A program made the translations under genes and the position numbers. Source: Armatimonadia bacterium (lineage in GTDB: Bacteria > Armatimonadota > Zipacnadia > Zipacnadales > UBA11051). Taken from it: a stretch of DNA of 40,795 bases. The notes under the pieces are model-generated. The model worked only from the letters and a program-made list of their open reading frames with translations, ran no database searches and had not been told where the DNA came from. The stretch lies in the NCBI GenBank assembly GCA_039683575.1, contig JBDKRC010000278.1, forward strand, positions 1-40,795, written 5' to 3'. Positions 25,960 to 36,167 of this stretch are shown here, in pieces (positions within the stretch are counted from its first letter, which is position 1; the number at the start of each line of letters is the position of its first letter).

Positions 25960-28900
25960 TTAGGAGGGGGGCCCGAGCAGCACACGGACTTGGTGGGTGG
26001 CACCATCGTCCACGCGCCGGATCCGTCCGTCTGGCAGAGGTTCACCGTCCAGCCAGACAGCAACCACACCGCGATTGACCCCCTCGGGGTTCTCCACCGC
26101 AATCTCATAGGTGGTGGAGAAGAAATGGTTAGTGACGGTGAAGCCGTGCCAGAGGCGCGGGATGCAGGGATCGACGAACAGGTCCCCGCCCTCGAGACGA
26201 AGCCCCAGCAGGTTCTCGATAGCCACTCGGTACATCCATGCGGCCGAGCCGGTGTACCAGGTCCAACCCCCACGTCCGGTGTGGGGCTCGGCGCCATAGA
26301 TGTCCGCGGCCACGGCATAGGGCTCCACGCGGTACAGGGCGACTTCCTCGGGCGTCCGGGCGTGGTTGATCGGGTTGATGAGCCCGAAATACTCGGCTGC
26401 GCGATCACCATCTCCGAGCAGGGCCGCGGCCTTCACGGTCCAGGTCGCGGCGTGGGTGTATTGGCCACCGTTCTCGCGCACACCGGGGACGTAGCCCTTG
26501 ATGTAGCCCGGCTCCAGCGGTGACTTCTCAAAGGGCGGCGTCAGCAGCAGCAGCAGGCGTTCGAGACGCTTGACTAGCTGCCGGTCAACAGCTTCCATAG
26601 CGTGGCGGGCCCGCTCGGGCGAGCCGGCTCCGGAGATGACCGCCCAGGATTGGCTGATGGCGTCAATACGGCATTCCTCGCCCTGAGCGGTGCCCAGGGG
26701 CACGCCCTCATCTGTATACGCGCGACGGTACCAGTCTCCGTCCCATGCCTCCTTCTCGATGGCAGCGACGAGTCTGGTAGCGGCGCCCTGGAAATGCAGG
26801 GCGCGCGCCTCCTCGCCGCGGGCCGCGCAGAGAGGCGCAAACCGGTTCAACGCGGTCGCGAGGAACCACGCCAGCCACACGCTCTCGCCCTTACCCCCTT
26901 CCCCCACGAGATTCATGCTGTCATTCCAGTCACCGGAGCCCATGAGCGGCAGGCCGTGTTCGCCCACGAGGGGCACCGCCCGCTCCAGGGCCTTCACAGC
27001 GTGCTGGTACAGCGTCTCGTGCAGTGGGGAGACCTCGGGGACATTGGCGCGGTCTCCCTCCCTGGGCTCAAGAGGCCTGTCCTGCAGGTAAGGCACGGGG
27101 TCGTCGAGCACCCCGCTGTCACCGGTGGAGGTGACATAGTCGGCGGTCACGTAGGGCAGCCATATGTAGTCATCGGAGCAGCGCGTGCGCACCCCGAGGC
27201 CGGTTGGCATATGCCACCAGTGCTGCACATCGCCTTCGAGGTACTGGCGCGATGCTGCCCGCAGAATCTGCTCGCGGGTCATGTAAGGCGCTGCATAGAC
27301 GAGCGCCATGACGTCCTGAAGCTGGTCACGGAAGCCGTAGGCGCCGCCGGACTGGTAGAAAGCGGCCCGGGCCCAAAGGCGGCTGGAGACGGCCTGGTAC
27401 AGCAGCCAGCGGTTGAGCAGCAGATTCATGGCCGGTTCGGGGGTCTCCACAGATACAGTGCCCAGCAGAGTATTCCAGAAATCGTGGACGCCGCGGAGCG
27501 CGTCCTCCGCCGCCCCGGGCGTGCGGAAGCGCTCGGCGAGGGCACGGGCCTCCTCGATGGACCCGGTCTCGCCGAGAACAAAGAGCAGTTCCGCGGTCTC
27601 CTGGGGCTCCAGGCTGAGCTTAACCTGGCACGCTCCGCAGGGATCGTAGCCGGCCCCCATGCGTCCCGACAGATCCACCCGGTACAGGGCGGCGGGGGCA
27701 GAGAGGCGGCCGTTGCGGCCGATGAATTCGGTGCGGTCGGAGGTTATGGTGCGGGACGGCACACCGACGACATCGAGAAAGGCGAGGCGGCTGGCGAAGG
27801 CCTCGTCGCGATAGGCATTAGTAGCTGTTTGAAGCCCGCTCTGCAGGTCTACGTCGGTGACAATGAACTGACGGCTGCGCTCGCGCTGCACCCCCAACAC
27901 CCATTCGGCATAGAACGTGGCTGATAGCGACCGCCGTCGCGGGCTGTCATTGCGAAGACGCAGGCGATAGATCTTCACCGGGGCGTCCACGGGGACGAAG
28001 ACGAGCAGTTCCTGGTCCAGGCCCTGGCTGTGGTGCTCGAACACGGAGTACCCCTGACCGTGCCGAATGACATAGGGCTCGGGCTCGCGGACGGGCAAGG
28101 GGGTTGGGGTCCAGAACTCCCCGGTCTCTTCGTCGCGCAGGTACACGATCTCCCCGGGGGGATCGCTGACGGGGTCATTGGCCCACGGAGTGAGACGGTT
28201 TTCCCGGCTGTTGAGCGACCACGTACCCCCGGAGCCGGCCTCTGAGACCAGGCAGCCGAAGCCGGCGTTGGCCAGCACGTTGATCCACGGAGCCGGGGTC
28301 TGCTGTTCGCCCTGCAGCGTAATCTGATACTCATGGGCATCCTGGGTGAACCCTCCCAGGCCGTTGAGGAAGAGCAGGTCCCGGGGCTGCAGGGGCGGGG
28401 AGGGATGGGCTTCCTTGAGCCGACGCCAGCGGGACCGCTCGGCCAGCGGCAGTTCGAACAGTCTCCTGTCCAGTTCCTCTCGCCGGGCGCCGGCAAAGGC
28501 CAGGGCAGGCACTCGTGTGAAGGTCTGCAGCAGCGTGTGCTCCTGCGCCAGGATGCGGGGCAGTGAGAGCTCGTAGAGCTTGGCCTCGAGTTGGCGCTTG
28601 AGCGAGCCGGCGGCGCCGTTGAGCGTCACGAGGGCCACGGCTTGCAGCAGCACGCGCTCGTCCTCACTCATGGCTTCGCTGCGGTGGCTGAAGACACCAC
28701 CCGGTTTGTTCGCCAGCGGCCGCTCGTCGCTACTCTCGATCTGTGCCCGGATCTGCTCTTGCAGGGACAGGGTGTACTCGGTGCGATGCTCGTTGACGAT
28801 GACCAGATCGGTGACAAGGCCCTTGAGCCGCATGAACTGGTGAGCCTGCAGGGCGTCGCGGACCAGGTCCAGTTCCTCCTCGCGGCTGACGCGGACGAGC

Positions 28901-31900
28901 AGTATGGGGTAGTCGCCAGAGATTCCCAAGCCCCACAGGCCCGGCTGGCCCTTGCGGTTCCTGGCGATCATGTCGCGGCGTGTCTGCAGCGAGAGACCAG
29001 GGTAGCACATGCGGGAGGTCAGTTGCTGGAGCAAGTGAGACTGATGGATGCTCAGGCGCAGATGCCGTAACTCCAACTGGCTGTGGGTCCAGGCGTGGAC
29101 GAAGGCATGCTCGGCGGCAATGACGGTGTGGTAGAGACTTATCAGTTGGAGGGCTTGCTCGCGCGTTTCGGCCAGCGCGGTGGTAAAGGACACCTGGATG
29201 GTCTCGCCGGGGGCGAGATGGACGGTGGTACAAATGCTCAGGATCGGGTCGAGCACCGCGCCGACGGTACCCGAAGGCTCCTGGCCGGGGTCGAGCATAA
29301 GCGGATTGGCGGGCGTCCGGCCACGGCCCACGAAGCGGCTGCGGTCGGTCTCATAGCGCGTGGGGACGGACGACTTGCTCTCGCACGCCACGACGTGAAT
29401 CAAGTATGGCGGCGACTCGTCGGGGGTGCGCCGCCGGCGCGAGCACAGCAGGGCGTCCCGGTCAGCGATGATCTCGGTTTCCACGAAGAGATTGCTGAAG
29501 GCGGGATGGTCCAGGTCGGCGGCGGCCGGGCCCAGCACGACCTCCATGTAACTGATTAGCTCCAACTCGCGCGGCACGCGTCCGTGGTTGGTCAAGGACA
29601 GGCGACGGATTTCGGCATTGTGCTCGGGCGAGACCACAACCTCGAGATGCGACTCGATGTCCTCGACCCGCCGAATGAACTCCACCCGCTCGGCGGCGAA
29701 GATCACGCTATCGCTCTCCGGCTGCGTCACCGGCTCGGCGTAGCTGCTGCCGATGGGCTGGTAGGAGGCCGACCAGACCTGCCCATTCGTCCGATCACGG
29801 AGGTAGAAGAACATGCCCCAGTGATCCTGCGTGAAGTCCTCGCGCCAGCGGGTGATGGCAGTCTTGCCGCAACGGCTGAAGCCTGCCCCCGTGGTGGTGA
29901 CGAGCACCGAGTAGGTGCCGTTGGAGAGCATGTGGCCGGTGGGCTCGATGGTGTGCGGGGTGGCGAAGTGGCGCATGATCGGCACTTCCACCGGCGTGAT
30001 CGCGCGATAGGCCCGCTTCTCCTCGGTCGGAGGGCGCTCGAACGAAGTGGCGCGGCGCGGCAGCTTTTCCTGGAGCAGGAGTTCGGTGGCCTGAACCATG
30101 CGCTCGGCGTGGAAGCGGGTCTGCATCACGTTGGCGTTGATCGCGTTGTGCATGGCGACCAGGCTCATTCCCTGGTGGTGGGCCATGAAGCTACGAACGA
30201 TCTCGAATCTCTGCCCTGGCTGCAGCCGCTCAGGCGTGTAGTCCACTGCTTCATAGAGGCCATAGCGCCCTTCCATGCCCTTGCTGACCAGCATGCGCAA
30301 GTTTCTCACAGCCAGCGCCGGATCCACGGCGAGGGCCAGCATGCTGGCATAGGGGGCCACTACCCTGTCGGAAGACAGAGCGCGGCGCAGACCGAGGCTG
30401 GGCACGCCGAAGGCGTAATACTGGTAGTTGAAGTGCAAGTCGCGGGCGCTGAACCCCGATTCGGAGACGCCCCAGGGCAGTCCCAGGTGTTGGCCATACT
30501 CCCGCTGCCGGTGGACGACCGTGGAATAGGTCTCATCCAGCAGCGTGTGCCCGAAGTTGCGCATCATGAGCAGCGGCATCAGGTACTCGAACATGGTGCC
30601 ATTCCACGACGCGAGGGCGCGGCGGCCACCCAACTGCCGCACGCCCCGGCCCAGGCGGAACCAGTGTTTCTCCGGCACGTCCCCCTTGGCGATGGCCACG
30701 AAACTGGCAATGCGCGCCTCGGAGGCCAGCAGATCATAGTATGAGGTGTCCAGTTGCCCGGCAGTGGCGTGATAGCCGATGAAGAAGAGGTGGCGCTGCG
30801 GATCGTAGAGGAACGAGAAGTCCGTGGCGGTTGCGAGAGCCTCCAGACGCGAGACCACGTCGCGGCAGCGCTGCTGGTACTCCTCGGCGGCGCCAGCGGC
30901 ACCGGCGTCCTGGGGATCCAGGCCCAGTTCCACCCTCAGGGTGTGGGCCGGCAAGTCTAGCAGTTCCAGTATCCCCTGCTTCACGACAAGCAGGCTGGCG
31001 ACCAGATTACCGCTGTCCGCGGTGGAAACGTACCGTGGCTCCAGCGGCGCCAGGGTCTCGGTGTCGTACCAGTTGTACAAATGACCCAAATGGCCCGGCA
31101 GGCCCTCCATCGTGGCCAGAGTGCGCTCAAGGCGTTCCAGCATCTCCAGGGGTGTGATGAAACCGAGGTCGTGGGCACTGAGGACGGAGAGCAGGTACAT
31201 TCCTATGTTCGTGGGTGAGGTGCGGTGAGCGATGGTGCCCGGGCCGCTCTGCTCGTCTGGCTCTGCCGTTTCCTGGTAGTTGTCCGGCGGCAAGTCGTGG
31301 TCGGCGGGCCCGACGCAGTCTGCGAAGTAGCGCCAGGTCTTCTCGGCCAAACGGATGAGGTCGCGGCGGTCTGCAGCGTTCAGGGCCGAGGTCCGCGGTC
31401 GCTCGGGTTGGCTGATCCACCAGGCGACCAGAGGTGAAACAATCCACAAGGTGGCGACGGGAGTGGCCCAGAGCAGGCGCTCCGGAGCCCACACGAGGGC
31501 CAGAAGCGCGAGCGCCGCGCCAAGGGCCGAGGCCGGCCACATCCCTGCCAGATAGCTCGCAGGCGTCCTGCCCTGCCGCCGTTCGACTGTGGCCGCTGTT
31601 TCCCACTCCAAGAGCAGCCGGTGGGTGACGCAAAGCCGCACCACAGTACGCACCGCGGCATCGCTCGCCAAGTACGCATGGTGCGCCAGTTGGACGAAGG
31701 TGAGCACTATCTGACGTACGATCAGCCCCAGGTCGGGCAGGAACCAGGACAGCGACCCTTTGAGGCAAAGACGCAGGCTGGCGACCGTATCGTCGGCCAG
31801 GTGGACGATAATGGGCAGGGCGATCCCGAGCACGGCCAGCGTCAGCCATAGTCCCGGGTTGCCCGGTAGCACCGTCAGGCCCAGGAACAGCAGCAGAAAC

Positions 31901-34386
31901 AGGGCCGGGGCCACCAGGCTGCGCCGCAGGTTGTCCAGCATCTTCCAGCGGGAAATGAGGCGCAGCGGATTGCGCACGCGCGCGCCGGAAGCATTGCGTA
32001 CCAGCGGCAGCAACCACGGCAGCAGTTGCCAGTCGCCGCGCACCCAGCGGTGCGTACGGCGCGCAGCGGCCAGGTAAGTGGCTGGAAAGCCGTCCACCAC
32101 CTCGACATCAGTCACGATGGCGGCGCGAACGTGGGTCCCCTCCAGCAAGTCGTGGCTCAGGACCGCATTCTCGGGGAACTGGCCCTCCAGCACCGCAGAG
32201 AAGGCATCGACGTCGTAGATGCCCTTGCCCATGTAGATGCTCTCGCGGAAAACGTCTTGGTAGACATCCGAAACGGCGGTGGGGTACGGATCCACTCCGC
32301 CCTGGCCGGCGAAGGTGCTGGCGAAGAGCGAGCGTCCGGAGATCTCAGCGGTGACCGACACCCGCGGCTGGAGCACGCCATAGCCCTCAACGACGCGGGT
32401 CTTCTGGTCGTTGAGGCGCGGGCAGTTCAGAGGGTGGGCGAGGGTGCCGACCAGCCGGTGGACGGCCTCGCGCGGCAACTGGGTGTCCTCGTCCAAAGTG
32501 ACCACGTAGCGGACGGGCGACAGTGCCCCCAGTTCCTCGGGACCATTCATGAAACTCGTGGCCTGGTCGCCGCGTAGCAGGCGGTTGAACTCCTCCAGCT
32601 TACCCCGCTTGCGTTCCCAGCCCATCCATTTGCCCTGTGCCGGGTTGAAGAGCCGCCGGCGGTGGAAGAGGTAGAAGACAGGTTGGTCGGCGGGATAGCG
32701 GGCGTTGAGGGCGGCCACCTCTTCATGTGCCCGAGCGAGCAGCGCCTCGTCGCCCGGCAGCGTCTCCTCGGCCGCGTCGAGGAAGTCAGAGAGCAGGGCG
32801 AAATGGATGTGCTGATCCTGGTTGGCGAGATAGCACACCTCCATCCGCTCGACCATCTCCACGAGGTGTTCCTTTGTGGACAGCATGGTCTGGATGACCA
32901 CCATAGTGTGTAGTTCAGGTGGCAGGCCGTCCTTGAGTTCAAGTTTGGGCAGCAGACGGGGGTGGCAGAAGCGCGTCAAGAAGCGGTTCAGCAACTGGAT
33001 TGCCATTTCGCTGGCGGGAATCAGGAGCAACAGCGGTAACAGCACCCAGGCCACCGCGGAGAGGCCACCGCTTTCCTGCGCGGCGAGGCACGTGACGAGC
33101 CCTGCGAGCGCCGCCGTACCGGTGAGGATGGCGCCGACGTACAAGGCGGAGGGGTGCCTGCTGAGGCACCGCGAGGCCCGCTGTCGCCAGGTCTGCCGCA
33201 GCCTGAGGCGCTCAGCCAGTTGGTCTTTGCCGCTGTCAAAGAGATAGTATCCGAGGTGCCGGCGCTTCGGAGGCACCTGCCCCTCGCGGGCGGCCTCACC
33301 GGCGAGTCGCACGGCGTGTTTGGCCACATGGGTCTCGACGATCTTCGAGGCCTTGGCCAAACGCTCGATTTCGTGGCGGTAACTGTCGCGCGTCGGGAAG
33401 TCCATGCGCGGGTAGGTGCCGTCCGGGTCGGTCCGGAGAATCTGCTCGATGCGGCTTACCTGCTCGAAAAACTCCGGCCAATCGTAGCCGCCGATGAAGC
33501 GCAAGGTCGCGATACAGTTGCTCACCGAGGTCACGTTGGCGGCTTCCTCCTGGTGAACGAGGCGCGTCACGTCGTCGATGTTCATGCCCTGGCGGCCGAG
33601 ACGCTCCTCGAGCCACTCAAGGAGGTCGGCGGTACACGGGCCCTGATCCATGAAACGTTGCAGAAGCTGGACGGCATGCGCCGGCTCCAGCTTATCCAGG
33701 CGACGGTCATGGCGGACCGAGATGTGCGCCGCACCTGGTTGGCACTTTTGCATGTCGCCCAGTACCCGGTCGGCCCAGGCGTCGGCCTCCGACCGAAGGC
33801 GCTGGTTGCGGACGATCTCGCTACTGAGGCGCTGCAGGTTGAGAATGATGGCCATCTGGCACATGATCGGCAGTGCCCACACTTCGCCGCTGGTCAAGAG
33901 CGTTTCGCGCTGGTAGGCGTTGACGAAGCTGGTCAGACGCTCCTCATTGAGTTGCGCGTTGGTGTGAGCAATCAGTTCGATGGCAATGGCATAGACGCGG
34001 GGATAGCCGGCCAACGGCTCGCTGACCAGTTTCGGTAGCGCGCGGTAGAAGCCCTGGGGCAGGTTATGGCGGATCTGCTGGGCCTGTTCCTGAATCAGGT
34101 ACGAGTTGTCCAGGAGCCACTCGGCGGAGCGGATCAGAGGGGCGCTGGCCTGGGCCCAGGAGGCGATGGCCCGCAGCGATTTGTGCAAAACCTTGTAGTC
34201 CTGCTCGAAGGAGGCCAGCAGCCGCGACGCTCTTTGCGGCGTGGAGGACACCACATGGAGGATCGCCACGGCCCTGGCGCATTTGTCTAGCTCTTCAGGC
34301 CCCAGAAGCACGTCACGTATCGGCGCCTTGGCGGGGAGGCCTTCGCGCAGTCTCAGGTGGCGCTCTAGCAAACCGGATAGGCTCAT
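25960..34386 (-). CDS. ndvB: Cyclic beta-1,2-glucan synthase (Cgs/NdvB/ChvB: GT84, glucoamylase-like transglycosylase and GH94 phosphorylase domains), 2808 aa
   Basis: EWLLDN, WMGWERKRGKL, TLDEDT, GKGIYDVDAF, LSHDLLEG, HRWVRGDWQLLPW, transmembrane segments, LPPDNYQE, RTSPTNIG, YDLLASEAR, PWGVSES, MAHHQGMSL, APWINVLAN, FYQSGGAYGFRDQLQD, GDWND, GVRENGGQYTHAA, GRGGWTWYTGSAAW. Confidence 0.93.
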   Translation of the reverse strand: MSLSGLLERHLRLREGLPAKAPIRDVLLGPEELDKCARAVAILHVVSSTPQRASRLLASFEQDYKVLHKSLRAIASWAQASAPLIRSAEWLLDNSYLIQEQAQQIRHNLPQGFYRALPKLVSEPLAGYPRVYAIAIELIAHTNAQLNEERLTSFVNAYQRETLLTSGEVWALPIMCQMAIILNLQRLSSEIVRNQRLRSEADAWADRVLGDMQKCQPGAAHISVRHDRRLDKLEPAHAVQLLQRFMDQGPCTADLLEWLEERLGRQGMNIDDVTRLVHQEEAANVTSVSNCIATLRFIGGYDWPEFFEQVSRIEQILRTDPDGTYPRMDFPTRDSYRHEIERLAKASKIVETHVAKHAVRLAGEAAREGQVPPKRRHLGYYLFDSGKDQLAERLRLRQTWRQRASRCLSRHPSALYVGAILTGTAALAGLVTCLAAQESGGLSAVAWVLLPLLLLIPASEMAIQLLNRFLTRFCHPRLLPKLELKDGLPPELHTMVVIQTMLSTKEHLVEMVERMEVCYLANQDQHIHFALLSDFLDAAEETLPGDEALLARAHEEVAALNARYPADQPVFYLFHRRRLFNPAQGKWMGWERKRGKLEEFNRLLRGDQATSFMNGPEELGALSPVRYVVTLDEDTQLPREAVHRLVGTLAHPLNCPRLNDQKTRVVEGYGVLQPRVSVTAEISGRSLFASTFAGQGGVDPYPTAVSDVYQDVFRESIYMGKGIYDVDAFSAVLEGQFPENAVLSHDLLEGTHVRAAIVTDVEVVDGFPATYLAAARRTHRWVRGDWQLLPWLLPLVRNASGARVRNPLRLISRWKMLDNLRRSLVAPALFLLLFLGLTVLPGNPGLWLTLAVLGIALPIIVHLADDTVASLRLCLKGSLSWFLPDLGLIVRQIVLTFVQLAHHAYLASDAAVRTVVRLCVTHRLLLEWETAATVERRQGRTPASYLAGMWPASALGAALALLALVWAPERLLWATPVATLWIVSPLVAWWISQPERPRTSALNAADRRDLIRLAEKTWRYFADCVGPADHDLPPDNYQETAEPDEQSGPGTIAHRTSPTNIGMYLLSVLSAHDLGFITPLEMLERLERTLATMEGLPGHLGHLYNWYDTETLAPLEPRYVSTADSGNLVASLLVVKQGILELLDLPAHTLRVELGLDPQDAGAAGAAEEYQQRCRDVVSRLEALATATDFSFLYDPQRHLFFIGYHATAGQLDTSYYDLLASEARIASFVAIAKGDVPEKHWFRLGRGVRQLGGRRALASWNGTMFEYLMPLLMMRNFGHTLLDETYSTVVHRQREYGQHLGLPWGVSESGFSARDLHFNYQYYAFGVPSLGLRRALSSDRVVAPYASMLALAVDPALAVRNLRMLVSKGMEGRYGLYEAVDYTPERLQPGQRFEIVRSFMAHHQGMSLVAMHNAINANVMQTRFHAERMVQATELLLQEKLPRRATSFERPPTEEKRAYRAITPVEVPIMRHFATPHTIEPTGHMLSNGTYSVLVTTTGAGFSRCGKTAITRWREDFTQDHWGMFFYLRDRTNGQVWSASYQPIGSSYAEPVTQPESDSVIFAAERVEFIRRVEDIESHLEVVVSPEHNAEIRRLSLTNHGRVPRELELISYMEVVLGPAAADLDHPAFSNLFVETEIIADRDALLCSRRRRTPDESPPYLIHVVACESKSSVPTRYETDRSRFVGRGRTPANPLMLDPGQEPSGTVGAVLDPILSICTTVHLAPGETIQVSFTTALAETREQALQLISLYHTVIAAEHAFVHAWTHSQLELRHLRLSIHQSHLLQQLTSRMCYPGLSLQTRRDMIARNRKGQPGLWGLGISGDYPILLVRVSREEELDLVRDALQAHQFMRLKGLVTDLVIVNEHRTEYTLSLQEQIRAQIESSDERPLANKPGGVFSHRSEAMSEDERVLLQAVALVTLNGAAGSLKRQLEAKLYELSLPRILAQEHTLLQTFTRVPALAFAGARREELDRRLFELPLAERSRWRRLKEAHPSPPLQPRDLLFLNGLGGFTQDAHEYQITLQGEQQTPAPWINVLANAGFGCLVSEAGSGGTWSLNSRENRLTPWANDPVSDPPGEIVYLRDEETGEFWTPTPLPVREPEPYVIRHGQGYSVFEHHSQGLDQELLVFVPVDAPVKIYRLRLRNDSPRRRSLSATFYAEWVLGVQRERSRQFIVTDVDLQSGLQTATNAYRDEAFASRLAFLDVVGVPSRTITSDRTEFIGRNGRLSAPAALYRVDLSGRMGAGYDPCGACQVKLSLEPQETAELLFVLGETGSIEEARALAERFRTPGAAEDALRGVHDFWNTLLGTVSVETPEPAMNLLLNRWLLYQAVSSRLWARAAFYQSGGAYGFRDQLQDVMALVYAAPYMTREQILRAASRQYLEGDVQHWWHMPTGLGVRTRCSDDYIWLPYVTADYVTSTGDSGVLDDPVPYLQDRPLEPREGDRANVPEVSPLHETLYQHAVKALERAVPLVGEHGLPLMGSGDWNDSMNLVGEGGKGESVWLAWFLATALNRFAPLCAARGEEARALHFQGAATRLVAAIEKEAWDGDWYRRAYTDEGVPLGTAQGEECRIDAISQSWAVISGAGSPERARHAMEAVDRQLVKRLERLLLLLTPPFEKSPLEPGYIKGYVPGVRENGGQYTHAATWTVKAAALLGDGDRAAEYFGLINPINHARTPEEVALYRVEPYAVAADIYGAEPHTGRGGWTWYTGSAAWMYRVAIENLLGLRLEGGDLFVDPCIPRLWHGFTVTNHFFSTTYEIAVENPEGVNRGVVAVWLDGEPLPDGRIRRVDDGATHQVRVLLGPPS

Positions 34387-34513
34387 GCTGCCTCTCTATT
34401 CTTGATGTGGTCCCGTTAGCGGGCATACGGAAACGACCGTGGCGCGCGCCGCAGTCGCCCTCCGGGGGCCGGGAGGCTTATAGCCCGCGCGTCACCTGGG
34501 CGCCACGGGGTCC

Positions 34514-35596
34514 TCAGAACATCCGAATCTGAGCCATGTCTCCGAGAATCACGTTCAGCGGGCCAAGCATCGGCTCGCCGCCCACTATTTTGACGCTTTC
34601 GCCCAGAACTGATGACGCAAGTCCGGCTGCAAGGTGCGATATCTGGCAGTTGTGCTGGATCACGCAGTCTTCAAGGAGGCTGTCGCTGATGGCACAGCCG
34701 TTGCCCAACATAACGTAGGGTTCCAGCGTGGAATTCTCGATCACACAATTCTGCCCGATCAGGCAAGGGCCAATGATCCGGCTGTTCACGATGCGCGTCC
34801 CCTTGCCGATGTGGACTACGCCGGAGATAACGCTATCGGCGCTGACCCTGCCCTGCATCTGACCAGCGATCAGGTCCAGGTACTTGCGGTTCGCCCGCAA
34901 GAGGGCCTTCGGCTCACCGGCGTCCTCCCAGAAGCCACTCAGCACACGGGCGGTCACGCTCGCTTGCTGTTCGACCAGGTACTGGATCGCGTCCGTGACC
35001 TCCAACTCACCACGCGCCGAGGGTTTTATGTTAGCGATGGCGTCGAAGATGGCTGAAGTGAAGGCGTAGACGCCGACGACCGCCAGGTTGCTCGGTGGGT
35101 CAGCGGGTTTTTCCACCAGCCGCAGCACGCGCTGCTGGGCGTCGAGCACGACCACACCATACCGGCGCGGGTCCTCGACCTCCTTGAGCAGCAGCGACGC
35201 CTGTGCGCTGCCGGCGCGAAAATCGGCAACGAATTCCGCAATGCCGTCTTCTAGCAGATTGTCGCCCAGATAGACTATGAACGGGTCAGCGCCGACGAAC
35301 TCGCGCGTTTGACCAATCGCGTGAGCGAGGCCGAGCGGCTGCGCCTGGGTGATGTAGGTGGCAACTATCCCCCACGGCGACCCGTCTCCCACATAGCGCT
35401 GGACGGCCTCTGGATGATGCCCGACTACGAGTGCGACCTCGTTCAGCCCCGCGCTGGCCAGCGCCTCCAGCACGTGCCCGAGTATCGGCTTGCCTGCCAC
35501 GGGCAGCAGGTGCTTGGGCTTGGAGAACGTCAACGGTCGCAGCCGGGTGCCTTCCCCCGCGCAAAGTACGACTGCCTTCAGGTTGTCAGTTGACAT
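34514..35596 (-). CDS. rmlA: Glucose-1-phosphate thymidylyltransferase, long form (RmlA-like, with C-terminal left-handed beta-helix)
   Basis: GGAGG RBS. AGEGTRLRPLT..KPKHLLPVAGKP, QAQPLGLAHA, YLGDN, LVEKP, KPSARGELEVTDAI, WEDAG, and a hexapeptide-like tail. Nucleotide specificity is uncertain. Confidence 0.85.
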   Translation of the reverse strand: MSTDNLKAVVLCAGEGTRLRPLTFSKPKHLLPVAGKPILGHVLEALASAGLNEVALVVGHHPEAVQRYVGDGSPWGIVATYITQAQPLGLAHAIGQTREFVGADPFIVYLGDNLLEDGIAEFVADFRAGSAQASLLLKEVEDPRRYGVVVLDAQQRVLRLVEKPADPPSNLAVVGVYAFTSAIFDAIANIKPSARGELEVTDAIQYLVEQQASVTARVLSGFWEDAGEPKALLRANRKYLDLIAGQMQGRVSADSVISGVVHIGKGTRIVNSRIIGPCLIGQNCVIENSTLEPYVMLGNGCAISDSLLEDCVIQHNCQISHLAAGLASSVLGESVKIVGGEPMLGPLNVILGDMAQIRMF

Positions 35597-35835
35597 GGTG
35601 AAACCTCCGCGTGCGGCAACCTCGCGATCGGCTCTGGTTTCCGGAGCACAGCTGCTTTGCCACTACATGATGGTGGAATCATAGCGCGATAAGCGCGAGC
35701 CCGCCTCCACCCTTCGGGCGGGCTCTCCCTCTATCTTTAGGCAGACCCGGTTGGAGCACCGTGAGAGACGGAGGGGGGCCGCATTTGGACTGCTTTCCCC
35801 ACTTGACCTGCCTCCCTGAAACGGGGTTAGCCGGT

Positions 35836-36114
35836 GTGTTCGACTGGAATCTGCTCTTCCTGCGGACTCTCCAGGAGGCCGGCAGGTTCACGGACTTGGG
35901 TCGATGCTTGGTGCGATTGCTGGTGGACATCGGCGGCTTCTCCGTGCTGAGTCCGTCCGCGCAGCTTCAGTGCGTCATCAGCCTGGACGGTTGCGTGAGG
36001 GTGGCCGCCCGCCGGACGCACCCCTTCGTCAAGCCGGGGGCCTCAAGCTGCGACAGGGCGGGCGCACACCGACCGGGTAGACAAGGGACATCAGCCCCCG
36101 CTGGCGAACCATGA
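35836..36114 (+). pseudogene. Possible remnant of a class III nucleotidyl cyclase domain
   Basis: The short ORF contains LLVDIGGFSVLSPSAQLQCVISLDGCVRVAA, resembling the first Asp strand and helix of adenylate/guanylate cyclases. It has no in-frame GD motif. Confidence 0.3.
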
Positions 36115-36167
36115 GGCTGGTGGTATGAACTCCCGCGTGCCAGACAGGCCAGAAAGGGAACCTGCTG

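Noticed and set aside
35697-35725. 9-bp hairpin GAGCCCGCC/GGCGGGCTC
   Set aside because: It sits between divergent genes with no clear U-tract, so no function can be assigned.
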